Shown piece after piece: positions 56,870-64,000 of a stretch of 64,000 bases of DNA. This stretch comes from Isurus oxyrinchus (Eukaryota), in assembly GCA_026770705.1 (NCBI GenBank), contig JANJGN010000189.1, forward strand, positions 310,001 through 374,000, in the 5' to 3' direction. The translations under genes were made by a program, and so were the position numbers. The number at the start of each line of letters is the position of its first letter. Position 1 is the first letter of the stretch. The notes under the pieces are model-generated. The model did not search any database, had not been told where the DNA came from, and saw nothing but the letters and a program-made list of their open reading frames with translations.

Positions 56870-59115
56870 TGTGATGTAAGTATAATAATTTTCATAATAT
56901 TTTATAGTATATTGTGAAGTAGGTTTATGGGGGTACGCATGATGGGTCTGCATGTGATTTAAGTACATTTGGAGTTAATTAGATTGGAAGTTTAAAATGA
57001 TCAAAAGGAGCTAGGTGCTTGACATGCTATTGAGGAAACATGGATGCTGCTTAGCATGGAAGGTATGAAGAGAATTTGCATTTTTATTTCAATGAAGGGG
57101 TTGTTGGATTTCAAAGGAATCTTAGCTTGTTTACAACTAGCCAGATAAGCAAGACTAAGGAATGTGCTTATTTTTCTCAAAGGCTCCTGGCAATATGGGC
57201 ACCACGAAAGAATTTGTTATGAGGAAGAGACAGTTTCAAAAACATTTGGAACAATAGAATTTTCATGTTACAAAGAGACAAATATATATCTATCAGGGAG
57301 AATGAAAGGCTATGTGTCAGAATGCCATGTAAGATCTAACACGAGTGTGTGATATAGTCTTAATGAAACCTCAAGCATTTGTGCACAAGCCTGCTATCCA
57401 ACAGAACTGAAGTTGGGGAAAAGCCACTTGGAATTCCTCTGTGCAGGGTATTGCTATTGTATTGTGTTAACTTGCTGAGTTGTTTTAAATCTAACATCTA
57501 TTTTTAGTCTGTTGCCTTAAAGGGAGTGTAACTGGGAGTCAGGTTAATTTGGAATTTTAAGAATTATTATAGTGGTAATTGTAGAGTTATGTATGTGCTT
57601 GAAATCTTTTATTTTGAGAGCAAGAATATTAATTTAATTTTCAAATCTCTAAAGGTCTTGGTGTAATTATTGCTTCTGAATTCAGTGCACACATCTCATA
57701 ATAAATACAAATTGCAAAATCATTATGATAGTGTGACCACCTTTCTCTCATGGACTTGGTCTGCCTGGCACACATCACCTGCCAAGTGATAACACTGTTG
57801 TAATATGCCTTTCAGGGACAGCAGCATGACATCACTCGAGGGGAAGTGTGTCATGTGATTTTAGAACTGGGGATAGCTTAAGTAAGTTCTATGTGTATTT
57901 GTGTGTGTTAGGGATAAGGTCTATCTTTAAGTTCAAGTTTAGTTTGTTTTCTGTATTTGTGTGTTAAGAAAGGGGGAAACTTCAGTTTTGGTTTCATTTT
58001 CATTTAGCAATCTAATGGGGTTTGATGTCTCTTGAAGGAAAGTCAATACAAACACAAGGTGTAAGAAACTGTGCTGTTGCTAAGCAACAGTGATCCAGAG
58101 GGACGGACCCATAGAGACAGAGAAAAACAGAAATGTGCTTTCAGTTTGGTTGAAAGGAGTTGCCAGGAGAAGCAGCAAAGGAGCGGGACAGATAGTCAGT
58201 CCCAAAGTAAAGAAGAAGCCAAAACCATCGAGTGGAACAGGAGAAAGAGCCAAGAAGACCTTCTACTCCAAAGAAGATCAGGAATCTGAAAAAGGTCCTG
58301 TTAAGTCGAGATAAGATTGAGGAGCAGAGGAGGGATCCAAGCTAAAAGAGAAAAAGCAAAAGGACACAGACCTAAAGCAAAAAAGGCTTATTAGAAGCCA
58401 GAAGATCATAGGAGACAGCTAAATGTTGATGTCTTCTTACTATGACCATGTGAAGCCATGGTGTTCCATTGGCATGACTGAGCATTGGAGAGACAACGCG
58501 TAGAAGGAAGGCTGAATGCATGTGGCGATCCAGGGGGCAGGAACATGGGAAGGAGAGTTTGAAATCATGGAAGTGGACCCTTGTGGAAGGTGTCTGAGTG
58601 AAAGTGTCATGTTAGAGAAGATTCCAAAGAGAGCACTTGACGAGTAGAGATTGGAAACTCTCATGTGAAAGATACAGTTTTGGAAGACCAGTTGCCTCAT
58701 GGTGAAACAAGTGTCTGGAGTCAGTTGAGCTGAAACCCATAGCATTTGTTCCAATTGGGGTCTATCACTTGGATACAGAATGTGGTGTCCCTGACGCCAG
58801 GTCGTCTATTGGTTTGCATGAACTGTGTACTTAGTGTGAACATGAGAGTATAAGATAGTTATTGTAACTTGTATTCTACTTATGAATCTGTAAATGTATA
58901 GGTCTGGGTGAAGGAGTAATGTAATATAATCAGTCTTTCCTAGTTTAATAAATGTTTTATTCTTTTGTTAGAAGGTCATCAGATGATTCCTGTGACTCTG
59001 TTCAGTAGCCGCACTCCACATTCCTAAATAAAAAATAAAAGTTAGGACCTATCAAGCTGAGTTCCACCCTGGGATCTGACTTGCCCAGTAGTAACATCAG
59101 CTGGGATGATAACAC
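56870..59115 (+). mobile_element. Two adjacent LTR-like elements (~56870-57795 and ~57797-59113)
   Basis: TG..(GATAA)CA termini, AATAAA, similarity to the LTR-like inserts at 38150-39080 and 41217-41970. Confidence 0.5.
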
Positions 59116-59129
59116 CATCCAGTCCAAGT

Positions 59130-62100
59130 TTCACTTTGGCCTGTGAGCAGAACACAGCTCACACAGTTTGGCTGCAGGTGTCTCCCAGCTTTCTATCCTT
59201 GTATATCTGTTCTCATGTCCCTATTCTAAATAAATGAACGCACAATGTATTTACCCAATTCTGTATCAGTGGCTGGTGCCTTTATATCATTATAAAAACA
59301 CAACATGGTGATCAGCGGTGGCCAAACATTCTGGCAGCAAGATTCAGTACAGGTATGATGTGGTGAACAGCCTTAGATCGAGCTACATGGCATGAGACAA
59401 CCCTCGACGCTTTGGTCAGACCACAACAGAGACACAGCATCAGAGAGGGTTGAAATCGCAGTGTACTGACTGCTCAGGAAACCTTTGAAGACACAGTGAC
59501 GGGAAAGAGCTCAAGTAAAGAGCTGGGGAGCAGACAGATCCCTCGTGGTGAGATTACAGCACACGGCCTGTAGGTCAATGAGTGGGACAGTGTGTATCGC
59601 CAGGACCAGCAGCGGGTTAGCTCAGTCAGGGAAGGCGAGTGACCAGGGTGTGGGCTGGATCGATAGTGAGCAAGGGAGAGTCAAACACACAAAAACCATT
59701 ATAAAAATCAGCCCAGAGAAGTTAGTGATTATAACGGGCGGCTTCGAGATTGCTGAACAGCAAATTGAATAAAAAACAAAGACTCCATTACTCCGTGGTG
59801 TGTTCCTGCCGCAACCCGTCTTCGTGGGCGGAGCTTCGGAAAAGCGTACGAAAGGGGCTAAAGCGACACTCATCCCAGGTCCTGTAGGAGAAGGAAGGTC
59901 AAAGGAATATTGTCAGAATGTCCACGAAATTCCCCAGTTTGAACTGGGATGTAGCTGACCGACTATCTGAATTCAGGATGTTTAAACAGCGTACAGAACT
60001 CTGGTTTCCTGATTCAGGTGTGACTGAACCAGACGAGCAAGCCATAAAAATTCACCTCACGATTGGGAATGAAGGTCTACACAGGCCGAACACGTCAGGA
60101 TTAACAGCAGAAGAGTGAAAGGATCCCCAATAGATATGGACGACATTGGAAGACAGGTTCAGAATCAGGTGAAACTCCATATTCATCAACTAGAGTTTAT
60201 GTCATTTCATCAGCCTACACAATCCATAGACCACTTCATCAGCCGATGTAGAGAAAAGGGTACGCACTGTGATTTCAAACACAGAGTCTGCAGACAGAGT
60301 TGTTGAGTTGGCGATCGCATCCACTCCCATGGAAGCCTTCCAGAAAGCTCTGCTAGATAAGACCAAAACCTATAGCATTGAAGAGCTACTCAAGGATAGA
60401 CATAAATACGAATGGATCCTCACAGGTCAACGAAGATTACAGGTCCTCTGTACAACATCAATTGTTGACACACTCACTAGAACATCCAAACCTAGTGAGA
60501 CGTGTGGAAGGTGTGGCCTTCTGCAGGCACCAAGGAAATGCCCAGCTTTCCAGCAATCCTGCAAGGCTTGTGGCAGAAAGGGCCATTGACAGCGGCAGGG
60601 CACTAGAGCAAAGGCTGATGCAGCTACAAAGAGCCGTGTGCTGATCCAAAATAACCCTACACAGCGGGGAAACTTCAAGCAATAAGAATGACCATCCGCT
60701 ATCCCATCAGGAACATATACATGCGGTGACTGACAAACCAGGAAATGGCAATGATGTGCACGATGAGACGAGGAGCGGTGATCGATATTCCACCTCTCAC
60801 ACATATCCTGACGTGGCTTGCCAATAAATTGTGGATTGTTGTCCTTCATGATATCTCTCAGCACATCAAATAAACTGAAAATGTCCCATAGCAGTGGGAT
60901 TTTCTGGCCCCACCCACTGCCAGGATTGTCCAGACCGGCCGAAAGCGAATGGATTTATATTTGTCCCAATCTCCCATGGCAGGTCCTACCATGACTGGGC
61001 CAGAAAACCCCAGCCTAGAGTTTGTGCAGCACTTGTGCTCAACGTATTGTGCAATTGTTGAACAATTTCACACCTTTTACACCATCAATCTCATGGAGAA
61101 CAGATGCCGTCACATCACCTGCACTATTGGCCAAGATTCCAATTATCTGCCCTGAGAAAGTTGCTACCTCCCCTTTATTGGCCAAGATTGACACAGGGGC
61201 AAGTGCCAACATTCCCCTCCCCCAGCCCACTCCAGCAAATTTTCAAAGACATGTATCCAAGGATATGGAAGTCCATGGGGAAACCTATTGCTGTGTACAA
61301 CACTTCACCAACTCCATGTGCAGAATCCATAGTCCTGGAGTGCAAGTACAATCAATCCTCCTGGGTCTCACAGATGTTCTACATTGTGGAGACTAAACGC
61401 TGAGCAATTACAATCTACCCGCATGCGGTGACCTCACACTAGTGACTATCCATGGAATTTGTCAGACATCACATGGGTCAACCTCAGAAACTACCCCATC
61501 ACCTCAGTTCATGCCATAACATTGAAATATGCAGAAAGTTTCAACAGTATTGGTAGTTTCAAGGTAGCTGCAACATTACACCTGCAGGAGAATGCAAGTC
61601 TGTCAATTGATCCAGTACATTTAGCACAACAGAAATGACAGCAGCTACAAGAGGGAACAGTGAAAAATTCTACAGGAACTGTGGAAATATCATTGAAGCG
61701 TGGCCTGATTCAATTTGACCTGATCGGCATAAGCGAGGCATCTCCCAGGGAACCATTTTTAAAGGCAGGCAGGGCATCATACCGGAACATTTGTGATCCT
61801 ATATTCTTCAACAACTTCATCCCTCACACATGGACACAGATCAGACAAGGAGACTCACAAGAGATACAGTCACTGGCCGGGTATGAACAATGACCTTGAA
61901 GTCGTTTGTAGGGAAGTACAAGGCTTGTCAAGAGGCTTGTCAAAGAACCACTGATTCCACAGGAAATTCCTGCCCATTCTTAGTCCAAAATCTGAATCCT
62001 TTCATGTCCATGTCACTGACTTCATCGTCATTGTCAACAGCTTTACCAGATATCCCGTTATTCAAAAAAAGCACAACACACCAAGCACAACTTCTGCACA

Positions 62101-63200
62101 CACTCTAAGCACTATTTTCAGTTTCTTTGGTGAACCTAGGGACATGATTACAGATAATCTGGAATATCAATCACACTACTTCTTCTCCTCATTACCCCAG
62201 ATCTAACAGCCTAGCTGAATGAATGATTCACACAGTGAAATCCCTAATTCTCAAATGTAGACAGACCAAGCAAGATCCACACATTGCAATGTTACATCTG
62301 AGATCAACACCTACAACTGCAACTTTGTTAAATTCATTCATGGGATGTGGGAGTCACTGGCCAGGCCAGGATTTATTACCCATCCCTAATGTAAGAGATA
62401 ACCACATTGACGTGGAGTCTGGAGTCACATGTCTGCCAGATAATTTTGTTCCCTAAAGGGCACTGGTGAGCCAGGTGGGATTTCTAACAATGGTTTTGTG
62501 GTCATCACTAGACTTTGAATTTCATATTCTTATTAAATTCAAATTCCATCATCTATTATGGCCGGATTTGAACCCATATTCTCAGGATATTACCCTGGGT
62601 CTCTGAATTACTCGTCCAGCAACAATACCACTACACCATCACCTCACCTTATTCCATCACTGACAGAGATCATGTTTCGTGTGCCAGTAGTGACCAATTT
62701 CGCTACTCTTACCCATTCTACTCTCTCAGAAACCAGAGAGCAACTTTTAAAACTACAAGAGAAGATAAGGAATGTTCATGATAAAAATGGAGGTGCAGAG
62801 TTGCCAAGTTTACAGTTGGGACAAGTTCACATCCAGGATCCCACAGAAGGTTCATGATCACCAGCCGAGGTGACAAGGATTTGTTCAGAACCAAGGGGCT
62901 ATGGAGTCAAACACACAAGGGCACAGCGGTGAGGTGGAACCGAGGATAACTCAGATCCATTCCCGCTCCTATTCCATCGAGGAGCAGATCCCACATGAAA
63001 TCAGGATCAGCATCCAAGGGTGACAATCCCACAGATCACGGTGAGCAGTTAAAGACACCTCCAGACAAGGTAACCAGCACAAGATCTGGGTGTACCAGAA
63101 GGTTAAATCCACACTTTAGAGACTCAAATATTCAACAGTTCCATGCACTTATGTAATTGCCAATAAACATGAACATGATATGAGAAACCGCTTGTTCCCT
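59130..63200 (+). mobile_element. Degraded Ty3/Gypsy LTR retrotransposon (gag-PR-partial pol)
   Basis: ..ACA|TGGTG PBS-like junction at ~59305; gag knuckle CPAFQQSCKACGRKGH; protease KIDTGASANI; integrase C-terminal remnants at 62.1-62.9 kb; many stops. Confidence 0.85.
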
Positions 63201-63417
63201 GCCCTTCTCAAAGATCCATTCCTGCAGCAGGAGCCTGAAGAGTTATTGAAAAGGGACTTAATTTATCGGATTGTAGAATGATTCGGAACAGAAGGAAGCC
63301 ATTTGGCCCATCGAGCCTGTGCTGGGCCTTTGAAAGATCTGTCCAGTTAGTCCCACTCTAACCTCTGCTCTCTCCTCCACAGCCCTGCAAAATGTCCCCT
63401 TCAAGTATTTATCCAGT

Positions 63418-63960
63418 TCCTGCAAGGCTTGTGGCAGAAAGGGCCATTGACAGCGGCAGGGCACTAGAGCAAAGGCTGATGCCACTACAAAGAGCTGTGC
63501 GCTGATCCAAACTAACCCTACACAACGGGGAACCTTCAAGCAATAAGAATGACCATCCCCTATCCCATCAGGAACATAGACATGTGGTGACTGACAAACC
63601 AGGAAATGGCGATGATGTGCATGGCGAGACGAGGAGCGGTGATCGATATTCCACCTCTCACACATATCCTGACGTGGCTTGCCAATAAATTGTGGATTGA
63701 GGTCTTTATTGATCTCTCTGGGCACATCAAATAAACTGAAAATGTCCCAAGGGGTGGGATTTGCTGGCCCCACCCACTGCCAGGATTGTCCGGACCAGCC
63801 GAAAGCCAAAGGATTTATGTCTGTCCCAGTCTCAGAAACTACTCCATCACCTCAGTTCATGACATAACATTGAAATATGCAGAAAGTTTCAACAATATTG
63901 GCAATTTCAAGGGAGCTGGAACATCACACCTGCAGGAGAATGCAAGTCTGTCAGACTCCT
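63418..63960 (+). mobile_element. Second fragment of the same Gypsy family
   Basis: Matches 60557-60970 and then 61480-61605. Confidence 0.85.
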
Positions 63961-64000
63961 TGCATTAAAATAATTGCAATCCAACTTTGCCATTCTATCT

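Noticed and set aside
59130-63960. Domesticated or active Gypsy gene
   Set aside because: Numerous stops and frameshifts, most of RT missing, partial duplicate present.

Overview
Repeat-rich vertebrate genomic DNA, inferred to be cartilaginous fish (shark) from its CR1/L2/Penelope/Gypsy and SacSINE1-like repeats, with several N gaps. The minus strand carries a tandem cluster of three Siglec-like (CD33-related/MAG/CD22-type) Ig receptor genes, reconstructed by hand from splice sites and intron phases. Gene C (~56.5-37.4 kb) has two tandem V-set exons (one with, one without the sialic-acid-binding Arg), three C2 exons, a TM exon and a duplicated tail cassette. The distal tail has ITIM+ITSM; the proximal tail has a stop at the ITIM tyrosine codon. 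Gene B (~23.9-9.2 kb) is an apparently intact 603-aa L-V-C2x4-TM receptor. Its V domain lacks the Arg and its tail ends in an unusual YANC-x7-YGNL motif. Gene A (~4.7-1.06 kb) is a pseudogene whose V exon is a close paralogue of gene C's, but whose TM exon has an intramembrane Arg and a short tail (activating type). Together they look like a modular paired-receptor Siglec system built by exon shuffling and gene conversion. The remainder is transposon fragments, minisatellites and local direct or inverted duplications. Exon boundaries were read from the sequence; repeat boundaries are approximate; there is no expression evidence.
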